Notes under the pieces: generated by a model
What the model was told of the DNA's origin: nothing
Seen by the model: the letters and a program-made list of their open reading frames with translations, nothing else
Database searches by the model: none
Assembly: GCA_964016885.1 (NCBI GenBank)
Contig: OZ024740.1
Coordinates: forward strand, 107,446,001 to 107,510,000
DNA length: 64,000 nucleotides
Origin: Eledone cirrhosa
Lineage: Eukaryota
Direction: 5' to 3'
Made by a program: the position numbers and the translations under genes
Shown here: in pieces, positions 25,201 to 37,200 of the stretch
Position numbering within the stretch: position 1 is the stretch's first letter
How the letters are laid out: each line of letters opens with the position of its first letter

Positions 25201-28200
25201 TCGAACACAATTAACTAGTGGCTTTTCTGCTGCTGCGCCTTATCAGTGAGTTGAGAAAATCGAGGTTCAACACTAGTTAATGCCAGTCTCATACACTCGT
25301 CAATTGCTGAGAGTTTATTCATCTTCTTTGTGCTGATTTCTACCAACTGTAAAAACCCTTTTTTGCACAAGTAGCTAGATGGGAATAAAGTAAAATATTT
25401 CAATGCAAATTGGCTGATTTCATTAAACTACCCAATCAAGAATAAGTCAATCCATAGTTCTTTCTTTCTGCTTTTGAATATCACTTTCAGGTCTTCGTTT
25501 GAATTCAAATCCATCAACTGATGTAAGCATTGTGCAGGTAGTAAATTTTTACAATTTCCAGCGTCATTTTCTGACACTAACTGCTCGATCTCGGTGAACG
25601 GGTTTTTTATCCATAAATTTCCGCTAACAATATCTTTTTCCATCAAGTCAAAATAATCTGAAAAACTTGTGGAAAGCACATTTAAATGAGAAAGAATAAT
25701 CTTCTTTTTAAGCTCTATTTCAAGGTTTGAAAGTAATGAGTAATTGTCCGATTCAATTCTTTGTATAAAGATGTTTAATTTTGATTGAAAATATGTAATA
25801 AAATTGATTGAAGTAAAAATATCTGCATTGTTACCCTGAAAACACTTATTTAGTTTGTTCAGTTCACCAAAAATGTCTACTAAATAAGCGAGTTGCACAT
25901 TCCATTCATTGGTTTCTAATACACTTGCTCTTTCATCATTGTTTTTTTAGAAAAACTATTATTTCTTCTCTCAGTTCAAAATCTCTCTTCATAGCATCCC
26001 CAAAGGACAGCCAACGCACATCATTGTTCAATAACAATCTATTATAATTACTTCCAGAAGATTCACAAATAGATTCAAACATTCTAGAATTTTTTGCTCT
26101 TGCAAATTGATAATTTTGACAATGTCTTTCAGCTGGTCATTTAATATTTGAGCATCTCTGTCTTTAAATTTTTTTGAACACAAAACCTCTCGATGAATCA
26201 TACAATGATTTGAAATACAATTTGGAGTCTGTTCTTTAATTTTTGCAATCAAACCAGAATTTTTACCAGTCATTGCAGCTGCTCCATCTGTTGTTATTGA
26301 AGTCAACTTGCTCCAAGATACACCATTTAAAAAAAAATACTCTTCAATTTTATTGAATATATCTTGACCTTTAGTTGTGTTGTCTAATACCAGACAAAAC
26401 AAATACTCTTCTACTCATTCTTTTTTATCAAGGTCTACAAACCGTACATAGCAAATTAATTGAGCCTTGTTACTAATATCCGTAGTTTCGTCCACTTGCA
26501 GACCAAAACATGTGCTTTTCTTTAGTGCAGTTAATATCTGATTTTCTATATCTGAAGAAATATCAATTATCCTTCTTTTTACGGTATTTGCTGACAATGG
26601 TAACTGGCTTAATTTTTCTTTGTCCTTAATACTGCAGCTTTCAAAAAGATTCTCTGTAGCAATTTTTATACTTGGCAGAATTAACTGTTCTCCTAATGTA
26701 AATGGTTTCTTGTCTTTACCAATCAAATGTGAAATTTCAAAAGATGTTCTTGTTAAAGCTTTATTTCTATCTGACTTTTCACAAAACAAGTCATACATAT
26801 TAGCTTGTGATTTTTTGATGTAAAGTATTCCAGTGACTTGTTTTTATCATTGGTGTGATTAGTATCAAGGTGTCTTTTAAGTTTTGCAGGATTTAAACAG
26901 CTATTTGATAGAACTTTTGAACATAGCAAACACATGGGCTGATCTGGTGTATCTTTTTTAAATCCATATCTAACAATCATCACACCACTGTCTAACCTTA
27001 CTGCTGGTATCTAACTTCAGCTTCTTTGCAGTAGACATCATATCAATGTTATTTATCTACAGTTAACATTTTTAATATGACATTAATAAACAAGAGGGCG
27101 ATATCCAATTTTAGCGGCCTAAATGCCGCTTACTTCAATGTATGAGGCTATTCCAACAAATTTACATTCCCCCCTTTTTTTAGCCGTTAAAAGAAATATA
27201 GATTTTTTTTTTTTTTTTTTTTTTTTGCGATTTATTAGAGAGGGGGGTGCTCCCTTCTCTTACCTGTACAAGCCGATATAGAGAGATGGCCCACGTACAC
27301 GGGCCATTATTGCTACTTTCACCCATCTTTCATGGAATTGGCTGGGACTGAGTGCCTTTTTCTCCAAGAGGACCATTTGTTGGCCGGCGACATATCCCCA
27401 CAGTTTCCTCGTTGCAAACGCATCTGGGACATTTCTTTTCCAAGGGGTTTCCGTCCCGGAAGAGCCTTTCCCGAACAGGCAGGGCCCCTCGGTATAATAG
27501 TAAGTATTAGTGGTTGTAATAAAAATGCAATCAAAATATAATAAATACCTTCACTGATTTCGGCGATATCCAATTTTAGTGGACTAAATGCTGCTTACTT
27601 CAATGTATGAGGCTATTTCAACAAATTTACATTCCCCTTTTTTTAGCCGTTAAAAGAAATATAGATTTATTTATTTTTTTTTTCTTTTGCGATTTATTTG
27701 CCACTAGAGCATTAGGCGGGGGAATTTTTTTTACAAAAATCAAGTACAAACATTTAACGAGTGATTAAAAAGGAATATAAAACATTAAGTCCTCAATAGA
27801 GAGGCAGCCTTTTGGGGTCGCACACACCCCCGGATAAAGTGTGCTCCCTTTCTGCCAGGGAGCACAGAGAGAGGGGGGGTGCTCCCTTCTCTTACCTGTA
27901 CAAGCTGATATAGAGAGATGGCCCACTTACACGGGCCATTATTGCTACTTTCGCTACCCGCCTAATGCTCTAGTGGCAAATAAATCGCAAAAAAACAAAC
28001 AAACAAAAACGTGGCAAATAAAGAAATCTATGCCCCAGTGGCAAATAAATCGCAAAAAAAAAAACAATAAATAAATCTATATTTCTTTTAACGGCTAAAA
28101 AAAGGGGAGTGTAAATTTGTTGGAATAGCCTCATACATTGAAGTAAGCAGCATTTAGTCCACTAAAATTGGATATCGCCCTGATTTCTTTCCTTATATTA

Positions 28201-31200
28201 TCAACCAAAGTTCGCTTTGTATGTTCCCAAATAGCAGTGAATTTTGATAAAATTGTTTTCTAATTCCTTCTCCACAGTAAGACAAATATCCATGTGTAGT
28301 TGAAGAGGATAAGTATGAGAGAACAGTCATTTAAATTTACAGGACAGATGTGTTTGGCAGGGTTTGAGATATATAGAAAAATAATTATTTACAGAAAAAG
28401 AAAATAATAATAAAGAATTATTATAATTTTTTTTAAAGATTTATATCTTTTTGGACTTTTGGAAGCAAATTTTAAACTGTATATCGCAACAATAAAAAAG
28501 AAAAAAATATTTCTTTAAACAATATATTGTTCCGATATACAGTTTAAAATCTTTAGGAAACATCTACCGTCTCCACCCATAAAGCTGTCATTTCGCCACC
28601 GCCACATGAATTAATTCAAATATGACTGAAACATGGGTCGGCTAGTGCCGTTTATTTTTTTTTTGGCATGAGACCAGAGTCCTTCAATATGTTGGGTATG
28701 CGTTCCTGATACCGGATCGACAAAATTTAGTGAATGATTCACTGTAGAGTGCTGATAATTAACAGGCATATGTTGTATGGGATTGTATGCACACCATCGG
28801 TCCGTATGTATCATGGATCCACTCAGCACATGGTTTTGTATAATGGGTAACAGGGTCTCAGCAGTGCGATCTGGGATTTCTTGAAGAAAAATTTTTCTGG
28901 GATTATTGGTATCGATCCCACCAATGACCCAATGGCCTTCATGCCAGGTCCCACGAGCGTACTTTCGATGAAAGTATTTACTTTCATCGATTTGTACAAC
29001 TATTGGGACTCCGTCATCATCCATTCCACCGAGTTTTGATGGGTTTCGATCCACCCATTCACTGCACACTCCCGTAAAAAGTTGCACCAGTCAATAATGG
29101 TGTTTTCACTACACCGAATCTCGTCGGCAATAATAATATTTTCGAACCCAATTGACCAGAAGTAAATCATATAAATCATTTGATGTAAATCTAAGTGGCC
29201 TCGAAAAAAAAATGACCCAGAACGGACAGATTTTCTTAAACTGCATACCTTAAATTTCCATCGAAATTGGTCGATTCCTTCTTTGTAACTTACAAACGAA
29301 CAGGAAATATTACATGAAGGACAGTTCATAGTGTTTGAAAGTAATCGGTTCCGAGCGATAAATTCGATAATACTGAGTTTGTTTGCAGTTAAAATCGCCA
29401 GTTCCCTCATTTTCAAATCCATATTTAACGTCTGCTGTGATGAATTAACATTTTCAACAATGAAAATTGGTGCAGGTGGACGTCCAGGCATTTTCTTTAT
29501 TCAGAATTTCAGTTTAAAATCAATTAGAACTATGTTATTTCACCTTTAACAATATCTGCATTGAAATGACCGGCAGGGAGCTAGTTATGCCAATTCGTGG
29601 AAAATACCCAAAGATTATGTATATTAATATAAGTTTCACTTTATAAATTTCAGTTTAAAATCAATTATAAGATAATCACCGACAGAGGGCTAATATTTAT
29701 AATTTTGGGTTATTTTCCACAATAAAGTGAAACTTATATTAATATATTGTTATACTTTGGGAGGGTCATGTTGCCAATAAGAAACACACGCACCAGTTGC
29801 TTTCACTTCAATTTATTATAATAAATTTATAAATTTCTGGTTGGTTGGTTGGTTCCACAATCAGATAGTTGTTTATATATAGTCATAGTTCTTTCGTCAC
29901 ACACTCTGTGACCTCTTCAGTGACTGGGGATTCCTTTCTTTGTTTCTGTGCCTCTCCTTTGTTCTGTCCTACGCCATTTTGTTTCTGTGTGTGTGTTGTG
30001 TGCTCAGTCCGCGCATGCGCCACATCCGGGTGTCTGTGTGTTTATGTTCATTTATTTATTTACATGTTACTGGTTGGTTGTTTGTTCTATGTGTGTGTGT
30101 GTTTTCATTTTGTCCTTAATTGTAAGTTGTGACGTTGCTGTTCCACTCATATTTTCTATTTAATTTTGGTTGTAATTCTTTTATGTTTATTGCCTCTGTA
30201 ATTTGTCTAAACATTGCGTCTTTTCTGTGTGTAGATTCTATTTTTATTTCTATGTTCTCTAATTTACCCTTGTGTTCTATTTTAGCATGTTGGTAGAGTA
30301 CGGATGATTCTTTATTATCTTGAAGGTCTCGCCAGTGTTCATTTATCCGTTCCCCTACACTACGAGCTGTCTCACCTATGTACACTATATTTTTGTCTCT
30401 ACATTGTCCTTCAGTACATCTTATGCTATACACTACATTTCTAGTTTTACAGTTAATATGGAGGCTTATTTTACAGGTTATACATTTCTTATCTATACAT
30501 GAGGGTCTTTGAAAAGGGTATGTCTTGCTAATAAGTGTTTTTACGGAGGTACCTGGTCTTTCTACTATCTTAATATTGAGTTTATGTTTATTTAGGGCCC
30601 TTCTAAATTTGTAAGCTAATTCACCTCTAGGGGTTGTATCGATGAACATTACACTCTGGTATTTATTGCTATCATATTATGAGTTTATTCTATTAGCCTT
30701 GTTCCTAGTTCTTTCTATTCTATTCCAAAATTTGCTCCTATACAAGGGGGCAGGTCCCATTTATGTCATTATTTACCATTTTTTCCCATTTGGTTCTGTC
30801 ATCGATACAACCCCTAGAGGTGAATTAGCTTACAAATTTAGAAGGGCCCTAAATAAACATAAACTCAATATTAAGATAGTAGAAAGACCAGGTACCTCCG
30901 TAAAAACACTTATTAGCAAGACATACCCTTTTCAAAGACCCTCATGTATAGATAAGAAATGTATAACCTGTAAAATAAGCCCCCATATTAACTGTAAAAC
31001 TAGAAATGTAGTGTATAGCATAAGATGTACTGAAGGACAATGTAGAGACAAAAATATAGTGTACATAGGTGAGACAGCTCGTAGTGTAGGGAAACGGATA
31101 AATGAACACTGGCGAGACCTTCAAGATAATAAAGAATCATCTGTACTCTACCAACATGCTAAAATAGAACACAAGGGTAAATTAGAGAACATAGAAATAA

Positions 31201-34200
31201 AAATAGAATCTACACACAGAAAAGACGCAATGTTTAGACAAATTACAGAGGCAATAAACATAAAAGAATTACAACCAAAATTAAATAGAAAATATGAGTG
31301 GAACAGCAACATCACAACTTACAATTAAGGACAAAATGAAAACACACACACACATAGAACAAACAACCAACCAGTAACATGTAAATAAATAAATGAACAT
31401 AAACACACAGACACCCGGATGTGGCGCATGCGCAGACTGAGCACACAACACACACACAGAAACAAAATGGCGTAGGACAGAACAAAGGAGAGGCACAGAA
31501 ACAAAGAAAGGAATCCCCAGTCACTGAAGAGGTCACAGAGTGTGTGACGAAAGAACTATGACTATATATAAACAACTATCTGGTTGTGGAACCAACCAGA
31601 AATTTATAAATTTATTATAATAAATTGAAGTGAAAGCAACTGGTGCGTGTTTCTTATTGGCAACATGACCCTCCCAAAGTATAACAATATCGGTTTCAAC
31701 ACCCGATTTCAGATAAAGAATCTTGCTAAACAAATTCAGAAACGAAATATATTAATATACATAATCTATATTTCTTCCCGTGTACGTGGGCCATCTCTCT
31801 ATATCGGCTTGTACAGGTAAGAGAAGAAGGGAGCACCCCCCCCCCCCTCTCTAATAAATCGCCAAAAAAAAAAAAAAAAATCTATATTTCTTTTAACGGC
31901 TAAAAAAAGGGGGAATGTAAATTTGTTGGAATAGCCTCATACATTGAAGTAAGCAGCAACTGCAGCAAGTAAGCGGCTTAAATGCCGCTAAAATTGGATA
32001 TCGCCAACAAGAGAAATTAAGTTCTTTTTATTACAAAAAGTACTTAAATTAACTTTAATTTTAGATATTTGGAAAAACTTAACTAGTTAAAAAAAAATTT
32101 TAATTTTTAAAAATTGAAATTTCTCCATTTTAGGATGGCAAACATATTATTTAAAGTCTTATAATAATATTAAAATATTAGGGGTTACTGAAAAAGGTGC
32201 AAATTTATAAACAACTAGAAGAAATTTTTTTCAGAGTTCAGCACTTCCTGCATATACTACTTTAGGGTCGTATTAAATATTATTGGTAATGTAAATATAT
32301 TTAAATATCCGCCATACTAAAAGATGCAAAAAATGAAAATCAGCTGATAGTGTAGAAAATGTGACGATGGTATTGGAAATTTATTCAGATATCTTCTATC
32401 TATTTTGACTCAAAGTTAGATATAATATAAGAAGGTTTTAGGCTGCGTTAAACATATATTAGATTGGAACAAATAAAGTTTAGTCAAATGTTTGTAGACA
32501 TATATATTTATTATATAAAGTAATTTCTCAATTGTGAATGCAGATGTCATCAAATGAATACATAATTGTGTGGCAAAGTTTATAGTGTATGCATGGAATA
32601 CAAAATTACCTTTGTTAGTAGTCGAAACTTTACAGGCGTTATATTTTCTGTGCAAAGTACAACAGAATGTAACGTGTTCTTATTTAGAATTGTCTGTGGA
32701 ATTGGATGCATGTTGAAAACGACTAGTAAGCGAGTTCACTCTGTGAGGAAACTTTAGGCAACTTTAAAGCTTTTGTGAGGACAGCAGATTAAAACGTGTT
32801 CTATATTGAAAACATTCTACTGAACTTACGTTGTGAGAACAGCGAACTGATCCTGTCTCTCGGCTGAGAGACCTCGCTGAACTGAGGTTTTCAGTTTAAA
32901 GTTATGCTGTCATTGACCAACATTTACTTGTTTGTGATTGGTCAATTTCTAAGTTCAATTAGTAGTAGTCAAATTCTCAGAATTCAGAAAACTATGTCTT
33001 TCCAAGAATTGATGTGAAATTGAAAGTATTCAATTTCCACGAATCTCGGAACAGTGTTTTTCTGCTAATTCAAGTAAGAAACTGAAAGTAGTGTTTTCTA
33101 CGAATAGGAGTGGAGAACCTGTGTACACTACAATAGTACTCGTTCATTTATACATTGCACCTTTTTCAGAAAACCCAAAATATTAAAGGTAATGTAAATA
33201 TTTATTTTTTTAAGGAACGCGGAGTTTGCTTTACGGAACCCCAAGGTTCCGCGGAACCCATGTTGGCGACCACTGCCATAAAGCACCCCATGTAATCCTT
33301 TAACAATTCCACTAATCCACTGCTCCTGAACTTGTACTTTTATTTATTGAGCCTCAGCAGTATTTGAATTCAGAGCACAGAAAGATGGAAATATCATCAC
33401 AGTTGTTTTTACATTGACTTTTCCATGCTGGCATGGGTTGGACAGGACTTTTTGAGGCAATGTTTTACAGCTGGATGCCCTTCCTGACATCAACCATTTT
33501 AGTCACTTCTTACATCATGCAGGAATACAGTGTACCTATTCTAAACCAGATACACACAGACTTGATAAATACCACAAACGATTCTTGTCTGCCACCCCAA
33601 CCATGCTGCCAATTTACCACCATTAGGTAACATTGACAAAGAAAAACATGATAAAACAAGGGAAATTACTTTAGAATATTTAAACCATTCTTTTCTTCTC
33701 CTGATCATCAATCCCAAAACTCCTAATGGGTAATGTTATGATAAATGATGTATCTTGGGCATTTTAAACCTGGCAGCGACCATCGCTTTCCAGATTTGAT
33801 CACAGTGATTTCCACCAGAGAGAGAGAGGGAGAGAAGGTTAGGGAACTACCCCTTTCGAGATTTGATCACAGCAGTTTCCTCCAGTGAGAGAGATAGAAG
33901 GTTAGAGAATCATCCCATTCCAGATTTGATTACATCGGTTTCCTCCAGCCAGAGAGAGAGCAAAAGAAAGAAGGCTAGAGACAAGAATCAATCCCAGTTT
34001 TGTAATGGTACATTATTTATTAACCCTGAAAAAATGAAAGGCAAAGTTGGCCACAGCAGGATTTGTGCAAAGAGCCAGAAGGCATATTGCAAAGTATTCC
34101 ATCTGACACCCTAATGACTCCTTTTTCCTCCTCTTCCTTTATTCTAATATTTAATCTTTCATTATTTATCCAGTATTCTGTCATTGTTTGTCTCTCGACT

Positions 34201-37200
34201 CTTCTGGTTAATGTTTAACTCTTCTTTCTACTGCTTAGAAGTTTGGTAAGTGACTTCTTCTGAAACTGTGTTGAAACTAAAACAATAACATTATGGAACA
34301 GTCATTTTAGCCATTGAAAAATGCACTAAGATGATTAAATTTACTTTCCATTTAATTTATGAGGTGTCAAAACTTTCTACTGCAGTGAAATTATGCAAGT
34401 GAGCAGCTTGCAGCACAGTTTAGCATTTAAACTGGCTGTATCCAGCCAGAATTCTTTCACCTTTTTCTGTACAAACTGGCTGTAACCAGCCACCCAGTCA
34501 TATAGTTATGAAATAAACTTCTTAACCACACAACTATGCTTGTACTCAGTTTTAACCTTTTAGCATTTAAACTGACCATATCCGGCTGGAATTCTTTCAC
34601 CTCTTTCTGTTCAAACTGGCTGTAACCTGCCACTCATACCAATGTTTAGATATTATTTTTGAAATAAATATCAAAATCTCATAGATTCGATGTTATGTGA
34701 GGTAAATACTAAAATCTAAATACTAAAAGGTTACGGCCATTTTCCTTACTAAATTAGGGCTTAGTCTTGAAGGCTCCATGATAGACTTCATTATCATCCT
34801 TGGGTTCTTTTTAAGGCAGTATATTTACAGCTGGGTGCCTTTCTTGTTACCAGCCCTTTTAGTCACCTCTTATGACATACAAGGAAACTAGTTATTCTAA
34901 ACTGTGTAAAGTGGTTGGTGATAGAAAAGATGTCCAGCTATAGAAACAATGCCAAACTGAAATGTTTGTAAGCTAGATGTAGTCTCCAACCTATCATGGA
35001 GGACAATAACTCCAATTAAGAACTGACTTTGTCTGAGATGACCCATCCAACCCATGCCAGCATTGAATAATGGGTGTTAAATGATAATTGTTTCTACTTT
35101 TGGCACAAGGCCAGCAATTACCCAGTGCATTACTGGTACTTTATTTTATCGACCCTGTAAGGATGAAAGGCAAAGTTAACCTCGGCGGGATTTGAACTCA
35201 GACGATAAAGGACTGTAACTCTATGCTGCAAAGCATGGTGTCCGACTCTCTACCGATACTGCCAATCCACCGACCATGGGTGTTAAATGATAATGATGAT
35301 CATACAGTGGTGTGACGAAAATTTCGACACCTAACAAAATGTTAGTTTTAATGATGAATGTTCCTGTTATTTGATCAACAGAACAGCCTGCTTGTGAAAT
35401 TAACGTGTAAGTGACTGAGCATTCTACAGAGATATGTACACTTAATGTGATAGGAAGGGCATCCAGCTGTAGAACGCTTGCTAAACAAAGGATCGGGAGG
35501 ACCCTTCAATCATGTTAAGGATATGACAGCCTCCCTAGTGTTGGTGATGTATATAATAAACTCACTCAGTACATACTGTAAAGTGTTTGGTGATAGAAAG
35601 AGCATCCAGCTGTAGAAATCTTGCTAAACAAAGGGTTGGGAGGACCCTCAGTTGTGTCAAAGACATGACAAAGTCTCTTGTGAGACCGTACATAGACAAG
35701 ATGACAGATTGCAGGCCTGTCTGGGAGATCAGTAGCTGCCACTCCAGTACTGACTTAGTCTATGTAGATCCATCTAACCCTTGCTAGCAGGGAAAGCGGT
35801 TGTTAAAACAATGATGTCAATGATGATGATGGTTCAGCATGACTGTATGTAATGAAGCTGGTCCTTTGAATTACAGTTACAGTCCATTTGATGGGCTTCC
35901 AAACAGTTTCCATCTGCACAGTTTTGCTCACAAGGTTTGTGTCAAACTGAAGCTATGGTAAATGACATTTGCCCATGAGTCCATGCAGTGGGATTGAACC
36001 CAGGACCTAATGGTTGCGAAGTGAACTTTATAATCATTCGGCCCTGCTGAGCCTGCAACTTAAAATAAATGGAAAGTGAATATAACATGTTTTTAGATGG
36101 CTAAAATTACTCTTCCATGAAGTTATTTTTTTCTAGACTTTGTTAACTTAATCTTTTATAATTTGTTCTACCATAACCCATTATTCTGTTTTAACATTTA
36201 AATCTTATCTTTCCTTTCAATTTGTGTGGGATTCTGTTCATATTTACAAAATTATGATTTACTCTGCATTATGAAAGTATTTTGCTTCATTCAACTGGAA
36301 GCAATTTTTATTATATTTCCTTACACATTGTTTTCCAGGCTGACCTCAGCGACTTGATTGAGACAAGAGACAGCACTCGTGTAAAGTTATGTGAAAGTCT
36401 TAGTATGTGTTTAGCTGATCTTTCAAACATTCCATTAGAAGAGAAACTAAAACAAATGCAAGTAGGTATCAATTTGTAGTTATTGAATATTTCTAAATAT
36501 GTACTCTATGTGAATTAATAAGCATTATCATCATTATTTTCCATCTATTTTTCCATGATGGCATGGGTTGGACACATCATTATTGACCAAGTTATTACAT
36601 AATTAGAACTATTGTTCTTCAATATGGACCATGGGTCACATTTTACTCACATATCTTCCAGTTTTAATACTGTTTCTACAGTCCTTTCAACCCTTTGTTT
36701 GGCATAGTTACTGTTATAATTGGACCTGTTTGTATCTCTGTATGAATGAAGGTAAAACCAAAGTATTTATCAGACGTAATTTCGAACTATCAATGAGATC
36801 ACTACGAGCCTCCATTTATACAGTCTGCTGACAGTTCACTTCAGTTATTATTTATAGACATTTCGCCTAGCCCACATTTAGTTATGCGGGCGTGTTCAGG
36901 GTTTTTCTGTACAACAGTTACTACAGATGGATGCCTTTCCTAATGCCAACCACTTTTCAGAGTGTACAGAGTGCTATTTATTGTGTCTCCTGACATGATT
37001 GAAGAGTCCTTTCAACCCTTTTTTTGGCATAGTTACTACAATTGGATGCCCTTCCTAATGCCACCCACTTTACAGAGTGTACTTGGTGCATCTTATCATG
37101 GCACCAGCATTATGGAGGCTGTCATATCCTTTACATAAATGAGGAATCTCCAACTAATAATATACACTTGCTGTTATATATAAATCTAAAGACTAAACTA

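Larger units (their letters stand above)
29747..31747. mobile_element. Penelope-like retroelement (C-terminal GIY-YIG endonuclease + pLTR) in inverted-repeat configuration
   Basis: Arms ~29744-30645 and 30799-31690 are near-identical reverse complements; both encode CKTRNVVYSIRC...YIGETARSVG.RINEH...EAINI...PKLN (GIY-YIG); 12-bp TSD tatattaatata (29735-29746, 31748-31759). Confidence 0.9.
27097..32005 (-). mobile_element. Merlin (IS1595/ISXO2-like) DNA transposon nested in the hAT
   Basis: Termini ggcgatatccaattttagcggc; ~210-bp imperfect TIRs (27097-~27305, ~31778-32005); 8-bp TSD aacaagag (27089-27096, 32006-32013). Confidence 0.93.
25062..33275 (-). mobile_element. hAT DNA transposon, Buster/Charlie (ZBED5/SCAND3-like) group, host of nested insertions
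   Basis: 14-bp TIR cagtggtcgccaac at both ends; 8-bp TSD ccataaag (25054-25061 and 33276-33283) with the central TA typical of Buster-type hATs. Confidence 0.95.

Noticed and set aside
28611-29491. Bacterial IS1595 contamination or horizontal transfer
   Set aside because: Eukaryotic Merlin elements share this transposase family; it sits with TIRs/TSD inside a eukaryotic hAT within an intron
30116-31328. Two GIY-YIG ORFs as host nuclease genes or homing endonucleases
   Set aside because: They are the inverted arms of a truncated Penelope-like element; the N-terminus of the + ORF is antisense spacer sequence
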